A DNA stretch of 36,231 nucleotides from Octopus sinensis (GCF_006345805.1 NW_021824682.1:1-36231); one strand, 5' to 3'; counted from the first letter of the stretch, positions 24,865 through 35,783 are shown. Notes: generated by a model not told the origin, from the letters alone. Program-made: numbers and translations.

Positions 24865-26710
24865 CTCTGAGATCATCCGTTCGGAGACCGGCGTGCAATA
24901 GGGTGATCCGCTAGGGCCACTCCTCTTCGCGATGACAATCGATGAGGCAGCTCGACTTGCTGTCTCTCCGCTCTTACTCTTTCCAGCATCGGGACGTGAC
25001 TAGACGATGCCGTCTCGATCTGGATGTTTGCGCAAAACACCGCTGCAGATTCGGTGAGAACGTTTACAAAAAGGGACTGCACCCACTTTCCTGCAAGAGG
25101 AGCGCAGGCAGGGAACACAGACACAAGGCCTCAATGAAATCTTGAAAGCTAATCTCAAATCAGCGGGCCATTCGTGCCTCCTCGAACCGGTCGGACTCGA
25201 TCGGGGAGATGGCAAAAGGCCTGACGGGATGACAATATTCCCTTACTCGTCGGGGACGCTGACGACATTATTATTGCCTCAAAACACGAAGACTACAAAG
25301 CTGCCTCCTTCAACCTTCAGCAACAACTCCACTCCGTTGAGAATTGGCTCAGAGAAAACAGGCTCGAGGCCGTCCTCCAAGTCCTCGGTCACCCTATTAT
25401 CTTCCGACAGAAGACAATCAAACATACATCCCACCTATCTCTCTTTGGCTCTGTTCTCCCACTATCAAAACACCCCACTGTTCTCGGACTAACCTTCGAC
25501 CTAACGATGTCCTTCAATAAACATGTCTCGAAGATCTCTGACAAGGCTAACAGGCGTACAAATATTTTGAACGCAATAAGTGGTCGCATCACTGGTGCGC
25601 AGAAACCACTTCTCAAACGTGTGTATAAACAATACATTCGCCCTGTCCTAAGCTACGCGAGTCCGAGTTGGGCTCCCTGTCTTTCTATGAGCTCCTCTGT
25701 GGCTCTCCAATCAATTCAAAACAAAGCCATGCGCATCATATCCGGGTGCCTGAAATCAACACCCATCGACCATCTGCACTGTGAAACCAACCTCCTCCCG
25801 ATAGAGGAACATCTAAACATGAGAGGAGCACAATTCCTATTCGCTTCGCGAAAACTCTACCACCCTTGCACTGCCCTAAACACGCTAAATGACAACGGCC
25901 GTGCATTGAAGAACACGCCTGCCAAACTATACTCCCGGGTACTTGCCAAAACAATCAATGCCTAAACCAATGTTCACAGCCAAAGAAAAAAATCCACGAC
26001 TTCATTTCAACGTCGTCCATTCTAAGGCTGAAGCCTAACTCTGCCTCAACAAACTTCCTCCGGAAGTTCACCCCTCCGAAATGCTTCTGGAGCGTTCCGC
26101 TCAGATCAACCTTGCTCGTTCGCTCGGGGCCACCACCACTCACTAAACTCCTACGCTCACTCATTGAACGTCGTGATCTCCCCGGTATGCAACCTCTGCT
26201 GTGCCGAATATCACTCAACTGATCACCTTTTCCGCTGCCCTGTTCTCCTCCCTGTCCGCAGGAAATTTGCTGTCCACTCCCCCGAGGTCCTTTGGGAGCA
26301 ACCCGCGAAGGCGCTGTTGTTTCTGCTAGCCGCCGGTCTCATACCCTAATGTGAGACCGGGGTTATGCAACAACAACAACAACTCGTCGGGGAAGGCCCT
26401 CGTATGGGATGTTACCGTTGTGGTACCTTTTCAAAATCGAGGATCCATTCTTCCGCCGCAAACCCTTGTTCGGCTGCAAACCACGCCGAAAGGATCAAAA
26501 TACAAAAATATTCTTCGCTCGCGGACCGCTACCCGCGTTACGGCAATCACCCTGGAGACCGCTGGAGCTGCGGGAAAGGAGACTGACTCGTTCCTCAACG
26601 AGGTCGGGCAGTCCATTGGGAGAAAAGTCAAGGACACGAGAGAGGGCCTCTGGTTCCGCCAGCGCATCGGTCTGGCCATTGTTCGGGCCAATCGACCAAT
26701 TTTACTATAA
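24865..26710 (+). mobile_element. Internally deleted CRE-clade LINE, split by a nested LINE
   Basis: GVQ*GDPLGPLLF (RT) is fused directly to RLDLDVCAKHRC..RH..LEPVGL..KRPDGMTIFPYSSG, resuming after the insert as KALVWDVT..LETAG..QRIGLAIVRAN*. Confidence 0.85.
25257..26381 (+). mobile_element. 5'-truncated I-group (Ingi/Vingi-like) LINE with (CAA)5 tail and 12-bp TSD
   Basis: Begins at the (Y)ADD motif; contains IRPVLSYAS, QNKAMRIISG, RSGHH..LNSY and CNLC..TDHLFRCP. TSD ACTCGTCGGGGA at 25245-25256 and 26382-26393. Confidence 0.88.
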
Positions 26711-26714
26711 AAAA

Positions 26715-26921
26715 CCATTCGATTATTTGAAAACATTGGATTTTAAAGAAGACGTGTGTGGAATAAAAAATTATATTATCAAAAGGATGAATTCCAATGA
26801 TATCACAAAAATTATGAATATCGATGATCATTCCATTTCTCCTTTAGATTATTCTTTGTTGATTGAATGTCAGGCAACATCGTGCGCAGTAGAACGATCA
26901 TTTTCGATTCTGAGAAAGTAA
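26715..26921 (+). mobile_element. C-terminal fragment of a second CGGBP1-like transposase
   Basis: TLDF..GIK..DITKIMN..ISPLDYSLL..CQATSCAVERSFS, paralogous to 23720-23930. Confidence 0.7.
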
Positions 26922-26924
26922 AAT

Positions 26925-27690
26925 CATCCCACGTGATTTACGAAAGCCAACAAGAAAAGCGCCTTATCAGTTACTAAAGAATGAAATTTTTAATGGGATT
27001 AATTCAGCAATCTGGGAATTTTCCAAATCCAATTATCCAAAAAATTTAGATGACATTACAGATTTTGTATATGTGGGGCAATTAACTTATGAATACCTGA
27101 CAATGTCGACGAAGAAAAAAGCAACTGGAGTGAGCGCATTAATGAAAAACTGATTAATCTGAATACAAAGTTGGATCAAATTAATTCATTCGACTTACAG
27201 AAAAATACCAGAAATTTGATGATGAGATTAGAGAAACTCTTGAGTACAGATACAAAAAGTCTAAGAAGGGAGAATTTGAAAGAATTTCGTCTTACATTCA
27301 GGATGAAATAAAAATTTTGAAAAAAACTCAGAATCCACGAGTCAAGAAAGGAGTTCAGAAAACAAAATTGGTGTTTTGAACTTAACAGAAGATATTTTTA
27401 CAGAAATTTGAGTGGGGATAAGAAAAATGTTAAATTCAAATTTGACGAGGATGATTGTTTATCTTTTTGGAAAGAAGTATGGAAAGAACGTGAAAGGAAT
27501 GAAGAAACATTTACGTTAAATAACAGATCTACTGGTGCTGAAGCCACACATGCAGATTTCACTAAGAATTCATTATCGATGTGATTAATGTATCACCAAA
27601 CTGGAGAGCAGCTGGGTGATGGAGTATATAATTTCTTTATAAAGAAATTTACTTTATAAAGAGATTTATATAGTCTGTTATGAATTATTT
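26925..27690 (+). mobile_element. AT-rich N-terminal fragment of an R4-like RLE LINE
   Basis: RKPT, GINSAI, YKKSKKGE, CFELNRR.FYRNL, CLSFWKEVW, NWRAAG.DGVYNFFIKK. Paralogous to 28190-28930. Confidence 0.75.
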
Positions 27691-27699
27691 TAGTTGTTG

Positions 27700-30600
27700 T
27701 GGTGTGTGCATGTACGTTTCCAAGCAGTTAAGGAAAACGAAACCTACGAGCCTTCCTGCAAATAAAAAGAACTTAAAAAGACAGGACCGTCGCCTATGGG
27801 ACCTCACAATGCCACAAGAGCTAATGGTGTTAAAGAAGATCTTGTTGGTGATGCTGCAAAACTAACTTGCATTCTCTTTCTGCGATCATCGGAAATGTCA
27901 ATGGTGTCTCTGAAGGCGAATGGGTGTCTCAGATTGCCCTTGCCGCGAAGCAAAGACTTGGAAGGATGCCAAGAGGTGGTTGGAACCTTGTCCTGGAGAA
28001 GTTCAATGAGAAGTACTCGGCAAAGTGCTCTAGTTTATGCCAACTAAAGAGCATGGCTAGACGGAATAACAATGTGCAAGGGAGATGCGACTCTTCCAGA
28101 GTGCAAGATGATGTGGACGTAGAAATTTCCAGTTTCAGAAATTGCCTAGAGGAACTCAAATTCCAAATTGGGAAAGTTCAGTCTATTCAGAGAGACTCTC
28201 GAAAGCCAACTCCAAAGGTGCAACGAAGGATGGTAAAAACTGATATCCTGGCTGGATTAAATTCTGCAATTTATCATATTACAAAAGATGATCCGCCCCA
28301 AGATATTAATCAAATTACCGATATTCTATATGCTGCACAGTGTGCTTATTTGGCCTTAACTACGAGAGCCAGACCACAGAGCACATGGTTGGAAAACACG
28401 GAAAGAAAAATCTCTAAATTAGCAGATGAAATTGACACAGTTCGTTCCTTCTCCAAACAACCTTCCTCCCAGAAAAGCAAAAGGCAATGGATGTTCTCTG
28501 CCGCTACGGATATAAGAAGTCTAAGAAGGGGGAGCTAACCAGAATTGAGACTCTATTGAATGATCTAATTAGAATCAAAAAGAAACAGATATCTATCCAT
28601 TCCTCGAGGAAAAATTTCCGGAAAGACAATGCGTGTTTTGAATTAAACCGCAGAAGATTTTATCGAAACTTATCTTCGAGCAACGAAGCCACCCTGTATG
28701 GGTTTGGTGATGGTGAGTGCTTATCATTTTGGGAAGATGTCTGGAGCAAGAAAATATGGGGCCCGTAGTTTATGATTTTGTGGGTGTGAGGTGTACTGGC
28801 GGTGAAACCATGCGACCTCAATTCACAAGTGATTTTATTATGGATATGCTCAAATGCACCTGACTGGAAGGCATGCGGATGCGACGGAACGTATAACTTT
28901 TTCTTAAAGAAGATGGATTCTTTGCATGGGTTTCTGTGTAAAGAGATAGTCCGAATAATTAATGGAGAGTACACGCCTGATAGCTGGTTTTACACTGGCG
29001 TAACTTACTTGATCCCTAAAAAAAGTGAGTGTGAGACCCCGAAGGACTTACGCCCTATAACGTGTATGCCAACTTTGTATAAACTTGTCACCAAATGTGT
29101 TAATGCCAAACTGGCCGATTTCATCGAGGCATTTGGCTTAATCTCAGATAATCAGCTTGGGACGAGGAAGCAATGTCAAGGCGCCAAAGAGCAAGCCCTC
29201 ATTAACCAATGCTTAAATAAGGAGTATGGAAATGGCCTCTATTCTGCTTGGGTCGATGTGAAGAAGGCATTTGACTCAGTTGATCACGAGTTCTTGTTCC
29301 ACGTATTGGATTGCTCTGGAATACCACATTGGATTGTCAGCTTTGTAAAAACATAGTCAAGAAGTGGACAGTAAACTTACATATCGATGGGAAAAGAATT
29401 GGGAAAGTAAAGTTAAGCCGGGAATACTCCAGGAGATTCATTGTCCCCGCTGCTATTCGTTATGGCGATGGATCCCCTAAGCAGGATGCTTAACTCCATG
29501 TTTCCCAAACTCGAAATTAGTCGGGAAGATCCCAATATGTTGACATACTCCACCAATCATTTCTTCTTTATTGACGATCTGAAAATAGTTGCCCTCAAAG
29601 AAGATGTGTTAGTCAAAATGATGGAGGCTGTTAATGGATTTTTTGAAAGTGTCGGCCTAGAGATGAATTCCGAAAAATCAGCATCTAATGTGGAATCTTT
29701 ATCATGCTGTGAGACTGTCGATGGAATCAACGGATATCGCTACTTGGGTGTACTTGAAGATGGCGGAAGTAATGTTCTCAAGAATAAAGTTATGGACTCC
29801 ATATTGGAGAATGTCAAGAAGAGATAACTATGTTGTCAAAAACAAACCTGAATGCTGTAAATTTGTTTCGTGGAATCAATGAATATGCATTATCCCTATA
29901 TAATTATTATATTGGGCTAATCAATATTGAACCTTACGAATTTGATGAGATTGACCAAAAATACGCCGATTACTTACGACTCTCAAGTTACACCTCCAGC
30001 CTGCAAATAAGGAGAGGTTGTATTTGGACCGCAAGACCCTTGGAAGAGGACTTGCCTCAATTTCTTTCAAAAGCGAATTAATGCTCTTCCAGTTTCTTAA
30101 AAGTTTGGAAAAACAGTCGACTACCTGTCTGCGGAGGTCGGGTATTCTGCGAGTAATAAAAGGAAAAAAATGGCACTTAGCCACAATCGCAGAATTTCTT
30201 GTCTCCAAATATGCAGCTGTCGGCAGGGAAAATCTGACCATTGAGTTACTGAAGGACGCACAAAGGAAACTCTTGCTTAACCGAATTAACAGTAAATCAC
30301 TACACTCGGTGATGTTCAAATGTATGGAGGAATCAGATGTCGACATATCTACTTCTTCGCAATGGCTATCGAAAGGGAACAATGGTCCACGAAGCGAAGC
30401 ATTGTACTGTCTTTTGCAAGATAGGAATTTGTTCTTTGCATACACGGGATCACTATGCGTCCACTGCAAAAAAAGCAGGCAGACTGTTGACCATCTAGCC
30501 ACGCGGTGTGGTAGGATGCTAAACAGTGATTATCTCCGAAGACACAACGAAGTGGTAAAGTGTATTCATCTCCACTTGTGTCGAATGTATGGAATAAAAC

Positions 30601-31207
30601 GAAGCAGGAAATTGAAAGGACATTCAGTCGTGTCAACAATGTCGACCCAAAATGTGTCGAAATCAGAGTTGACACTTCAATTATGACTGAAACAAAGGTT
30701 CAATTCAATAAACCTGATATCTTCGTTTATGACAAGAGGAAAAGAGAAATTCATTTAATCGAAGTGGGAGTTACCTCGCAAGACCGTTTAAAGCAAGTTG
30801 AAGTGGAGAAATTTCACAAATATGACCTGCTTGCAAACGAACTGTCGGTTCTCTATGAAGCAAAAGTGAAGATTATTCCAATTGTCTTGACATGGGATGG
30901 AGTTGTCTCAAAGTTCTTTAAAAGTCATATGGACAAATTATCCATTGAAGAAGGAACGAGGACATACATCCAGTCGGTTTGTGTGAAGAGGACTCTAGAG
31001 AGTATGCTTATTGAACACAGACATGGGATGAAGGTAGACAACGAGGAGTACGCCTCTGCCGCCAATCAACTTGCGGAGCTGGCATGTCGTGAGGACACTC
31101 AGTTGAACAATTACTTTGACGCAGAAATGGAAATGATGAGAATTTTGTTGCAAACTCTTCTTCCAAGCGAAGAAGAGAAATCACTGACGATCTGGATTCT
31201 TAAATAA
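27700..31207 (+). mobile_element. Near full-length RLE-type non-LTR retrotransposon (R4/Dong-like)
   Basis: Eight consecutive ORF pieces form one polyprotein: possible Myb-like N-terminus, WKACGCDG, LRPITCMPTLYK, DVKKAFDSV, QGDSLSP, FIDDLK, YRYLG, YLDRKTLGRGL, CCHC knuckle, RHNEV, KPD, IEVGVT, EKFHKYD. Confidence 0.92.
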
Positions 31208-31929
31208 TTTAAGATAGAATTTACATAATTAATTTTTATTAAACTTGCTCGGCAGCTCGCTTCGCTCACCGCGACCTAGCTCCTGCGGAGGGCCTTGTTT
31301 CACATCAAACAACTATAAGTTTATGTAGATGTATAAAACTACCTGTTAAATGTAACCCTATTCTAATCGCCTGTTGATAAACGATGTTTGTCGTCCTCCT
31401 TTCCTTGGCATATATGAATAAATTTTCTCTTCTGCCTACCCTCGAGCATCCCACACATACTGTCATGTGAAAAGCAATCACTCTCTAAAAATAACCCCAC
31501 TAACCTTTATGACTGTCCTGGGCCTTGTTATTGTCATTGACACTTTTTTTTCTTCATTTTTGTGGTTTATTTTTTTTTTATATTTAATTTTTTCATTTTT
31601 CCTTTGTAATTTCCTTTTTTTCTGTTTTTGTTCCTTTTGGCACTAAAGCGGAAATGGGGCAGGGGGGAGATGCAGGCAGGCGGAAATGCGGGCAGGCAAG
31701 ATAGCGATGCGCGACACAACAAAAAGCGACACACAAAAATTTTAATTAATTACCTTATTAAGCTGACCGTTTTTTCTTCAGCTTCGTTTTTCCTCCTTCG
31801 GTTTATCTATTTAAAAATTATTTTTGATAATAAAAAAGTTTAGGAAAAGAGGCATACCGAAAATAAATTCTATCTTACGAAAACTCAAGTAAATAGTAAT
31901 ATTTTTACGCAAATTCTTCTGATTGCGCT

Positions 31930-32135
31930 GTCAATTGGTGGTAAATTGTGTTAATGGTTGTGCTAATGTGGTTTTCAACTATCAAAGTGGTTTTCAAAAT
32001 CTGTTAATTGCACACTCTATTCAAGGTCGTGCGTCAATTGGTGGTAAATTGTGTTAATGATTGTGCTAATGTGGTTTCAACTATCAAAGTGGTTTTTCAA
32101 AATCTGTTAATTGCACACTCTATTCAAAGTCGTGC
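31930..32135. repeat. Tandem duplication, about 103-bp unit x2
   Basis: TCAATTGGTGGTAAATTGTG... begins at 31931 and at 32034. Confidence 0.85.
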
Positions 32136-32309
32136 AATCTGTGATTGCACATTCTGTCAAAGTCAAATATGATAATAGCTTTAATTTTGATTCATGGTCG
32201 ATAATGATATATGCATTTAATTTTAAAGAGAAAAACATAGGATGAATTGAATTTCTTTATCGCGAATAATTGGGAGTTCATCATTGTTAATATTCTCGCT
32301 GTCGTTTTC

Positions 32310-33130
32310 ATCAAGGATATTCTTAATACGTGAGATTTTTGCCTTGAAGGTTTTAATGGACCTCATCATGAATGTCGAGGACATTCGCGTTGTTCATTTT
32401 AATCAAAATGCAGAAAATAATTTTTTGATTTTTTAGGGGAAAGGTTTTAAGGACTTCATCATGTAAGTCGAGGACATTGTAGTTGTTCATTTTAACCAAA
32501 ATGCAGAAAATTTTTTTTTAATTTTTTTTGGGGGGGAAGGTTTTAAGGACTTCATCATGTAAGTTGAGGACATTGTAGTTGTTCATTTAACCAAAATGCA
32601 GAAAATTTTTTTTTTAATTTTTTTGGGGGAAGGTTTTTAAGGACTTCATCATGTAAGTCGAGACATTGTAGTTGTTCATTTTAACCAAATGTGCAGAAAA
32701 TTTTTTTTTAATTTGTTTGGGGGGGAAGGTTTTAAGGACTTCATCATGTAAGTCGAGGACATTGTAGTTGTTCATTTTAACCAAAATGCAGAAAATTTTT
32801 TTTAATTTTTTTTGGGGGGAAGGTTTTAAGGACTTCATCATGTAAGTCGAGGACATTGTAGTTGTTCATTTTAACCAAAATGCAGAAAATTTTTTTTTTA
32901 ATTTGTTTGGGGGGGAAGGTTTTAAGGACTTCATCATGTAAGTCGAGGACATTGTAGTTGTTCATTTTAACCAAAATGCAGAAATTTTTTTTTTAATTTT
33001 TTGGGGGGGAAGGTTTTAAGGACTTCATCATGTAAGTCGAGGACATCGTATTGCCAATTTGAAGTTGGTGTGCACACACAGACAGACAGACAGACAGACA
33101 CACACCATACCATTTTATTATTAAGACATT
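32310..33130 (+). mobile_element. Putative non-autonomous Helentron-associated (DINE-1/HINE-like) element with central tandem repeats
   Basis: Subterminal inverted repeat TCTTAATA (32321-32328) / TATTAAGA (33119-33126), (GACA)5 microsatellite at 33081-33100, internal tandem array, T-rich flanks. Confidence 0.55.
32347..33046. repeat. Tandem array, about 95-bp unit, 7 full copies plus 1 partial
   Basis: AAGGTTTTAAGGACTTCATCATG... starts at 32347 (diverged), 32441, 32537, 32630, 32726, 32820, 32916 and 33010. Confidence 0.93.
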
Positions 33131-33170
33131 GGTTTTTTTATTAATTCATCCACTTGTGGTTATTTAATTA

Positions 33171-34248
33171 ATGGAGTTATTACTATGTAAAACAGCACAT
33201 GCTAATTGGATAGAAGACTTGAAAGTAGGCGAACTAGTAAAAATAAAAGTATAAAAAATATATATTTCAATTTAGGGCAACTTCTTCAAAACAATGGGTT
33301 ATTCACAAAATAGTAAACATTACTTATTCCCCGAGGAAATACTATATCTTACCAACAAGGGCTCACTAACATGTCTAAAAGACGGCCAATTACTACAGGC
33401 GGATGACCTGTCCCTTATAGTTGATGGACTATGGGGAGTAATGTCATGACTGTATACTCCAATTTAACACACTGGGCTATGTACTACGTCGTAATACTAC
33501 TCCTTTCAATATTCCATTTTTGATGTTTATTTACGTCTTGTGTTAAGACTTTAAAAAATCTAATCCCACATCACCACAATATCATCTATTTGTAACAAGG
33601 TATTTTATTATATATTTTAATTAATTTAAATATTATTTATACAGTACGACCCCGGTTTGGGGCAGCATTTTTTATCATGATGCCCCAAAATGCGAGGGTA
33701 AATTTTTTTTAATGCGAGAAATAGTACCTGTAATTATTAATTAGTTAAAAAAGATACCTTTGCTCGTTTTATACTTTTTAGCAAGATCTCTTTCTGAAAA
33801 TTGACCATGTTTTATATCTTTAGCGATTTTAATTTTTGTTTCATAATTAATCTTTGAATTCTTTTTACGAACCATACTAAAGTCAAAATAAACACGTGAA
33901 ATAATAGTATTAATTAATAATTAATAAATAAACTAACATTTTGTAATTAAATAAATTAAATAAGTGCCCCAAACCGGGGTCATCAAAAATAAATAATAGA
34001 ATGAAAAATTTACTGTTTTCAAAAACTGCCCCTAAAAGCGGGGGTGCCCCAAAACCCGAGGGTGCCCCACCCATGGGGTCTGCCCCAAACCGGGGTCGTA
34101 CTGTATATATAATTTTAACACTATTTTAGTGGTGAAAATAATTTGATGCAACTTAGAGATTTTATACCCGTATTTTTGGTTCCCGCGCTTAATAATAGCT
34201 ACAACGGCGGGAAATAATATCTGTTATATAAAAATTGAAGATTTTTAA
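33171..34248 (+). CDS. TSEN54: tRNA-splicing endonuclease subunit Sen54-like
   Basis: VKIK|GNFFKTMG..YLFPEEILYL.NKGSL (27-nt intron 33249-33275), VYSNLTHLGYVLRR, FDVY..FKKSNP, intron 33600-34129, LIIAT..ICYIKIEDF*. Several single-base frameshifts are needed. Confidence 0.72.
33642..34103. mobile_element. 462-bp pogo-derived MITE
   Basis: Perfect 23-bp TIR CAGTACGACCCCGGTTTGGGGCA, TA on both sides, subterminal TGCCCC repeats. A minus-strand HTH relic reads KIKIAKDIKHGQFSERDLAKKY. Confidence 0.92.
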
Positions 34249-34293
34249 TAAAATGTTAGTAAAAATTAAATTAAAAAACTTATATATTATTTT

Positions 34294-34829
34294 TTAATTG
34301 AGAAATAGCATTCTATATCCAGCAATCCACCTACTGACCTGAATTTATTACGTAATAAAATGAACCTCTTTAATGTGGTCAACCGCCATAATCTTGCATA
34401 TATTTTCGGCGCCAAAATAGTCAGGTTTGAACAAGCACGTGATCAATTGAACCAAATAGTCCTTTATTTCTTCTGATAGCAAATTTCCTTCCCATGCCTC
34501 GTTAAGAATGTCAATTCTTTTACCAATCACAGCCTCCTTTGGAATAATTATTTTTTATACAACTTTAACAAGGCCTGATATTATTTTTTGAGAATTGCTG
34601 ATTACGTAAGACTGTTTCCCCAAATCTTCATTTTTATCGAATTTTGGCCTTGAGGATGTTGAATTTGAACCTGTGCTGGAGGAGTCTGATCCAGAGGTTG
34701 TGTACATGTATGACATCTTAGGAGGGTCATTCCAACCACGTTTATTTGTGGTAATTACTAATTAATTATATTTTATTATAAATTACTATTTTCTGTGGTA
34801 ATTGTTTCGGAAATATGTTGACCTGACAT
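34294..34829 (-). CDS. SRA1: Steroid receptor RNA activator protein (SRA1/SRAP)-like
   Basis: N-terminal KRGWNDPPKMSY and C-terminal KRIDILNEAW..LS..MAVDHIKE|VSRWIAGYRMLF. Introns at 34758-34786 (29 nt), a 24-nt central one, and 34339-34365 (27 nt). One homopolymer indel is needed. Confidence 0.7.
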
Positions 34830-35111
34830 GCACAACAAGGTGCTGAGTATTAGTCAATAAATTCTTTATTTATTATTTATAAAAATATAATATATATTTA
34901 TAAATAATTATAAATATTTAGATTTATATTAATGGTTTAATTGAGAAATAAGAATTCTGAATTCTGTATATTAATACTAGTTTTTTATTATACATTTTTG
35001 ATACAAAAAATAGAAACTATATTAATTTTAATTCTATTATATTAATAAAATATTATATTTTAATAAATTTTAATTAAATAAATAAAATATTACCAAGTTA
35101 CCAATCTTGTG

Positions 35112-35530
35112 ATGATATCTAAAGCATATCAACAATGTAATGAAAATAGAGTTAATTTATCTAATTCCAAACTAAAAGAAATTCCAAAAGAACTCCTAAA
35201 TATAAAAAACATACAAGTAATTATTTTTAAATAATCAAGTTCTTAAATCTATCGAAAAACAATCTAAAAATATTACCAAATTCATTTTTTGATTCCCTCC
35301 AAAAAGCTCTTTGGATTGATCTTCGCGCCAATCAAATATCACAACTACCTTTGGTCCAATCGCCAAAAGAGTGTGACCTCAACACACTTCTTCTCGACCG
35401 AAACGTCCTGACTTCAATTCCCAACTCATACGGTTTTTTTACATCAAAAAACAGACAGGATTTTTACCAAATTTAAAAAATTTGAGTCTTAGATCAAACC
35501 CACTGGACTCAGATTTTAAAAAAATATATT
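35112..35530 (+). CDS. Leucine-rich-repeat protein (resembles the LRRC27 N-terminus)
   Basis: LxxLxLxxN repeats: FLNLSKNNLKILP, WIDLRANQISQLP, TLLLDRNVLTSIP, NLSLRSNPL. Introns at 35217-35239 (23 nt) and 35433-35458 (26 nt). Start and 3' end uncertain. Confidence 0.75.
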
Positions 35531-35783
35531 AAATCTTAGGCTGCTCTCGGAATGTACGGATATATGACAAATATAAATAAGTTGAATTTAAAAATTATTT
35601 TGATTTTACCGTTGAAGGTTTTTTGTGATTATTTTTAACGTAGGACACGATTTATATTCTTTACTTTACAATTTCCTGGATGAAATAATTTTTATATTCT
35701 CTTGTGGTCAATATTTTGTCGCAAATGTATTTTTTGGTTATTTTTTTAATATTTAGGATATAAATATTAATCAATTTGGTCAA

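Noticed and set aside
4659-24901. In-frame stops fall at conserved Trp/Gln positions (TGA 4659-4661, 5838, 6231; TAA 7917, 17899, 21338; TAG 24899), suggesting stop-codon reassignment
   Set aside because: These are the single transitions (TGG>TGA, CAR>TAR) expected in pseudogenes. Long AT-rich ORFs and the host genes read through with TGG/CAA/CAG and do not need in-frame stops. A codon-usage analysis at conserved BUSCO positions would settle it.
27700-27866. Possible HDV-like ribozyme at the 5' end of the RLE LINE
   Set aside because: I could not assemble the P1-P4 pairings or an L3 TCCTCGY motif.
31250-31720. GCTCGCTTCGCTCAC motif and GCGGAAATG(C)GGGCAGG repeats as TE termini
   Set aside because: No partner ends or coding remnants were found in the window.
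32347-33046. Regular array as a possible CRISPR or coding repeat (ORFs 32614-32974)
   Set aside because: The units are wholly repeated with no unique spacers, the context is eukaryotic, and the ORFs are by-products of the repeat.
33171-35530. Calling the TSEN54-, SRA1- and LRR-like genes pseudogenes because of frameshifts
   Set aside because: The shifts are single-base and several lie in homopolymers, and the same noise separates tandem-repeat copies. Sequencing error is more likely.
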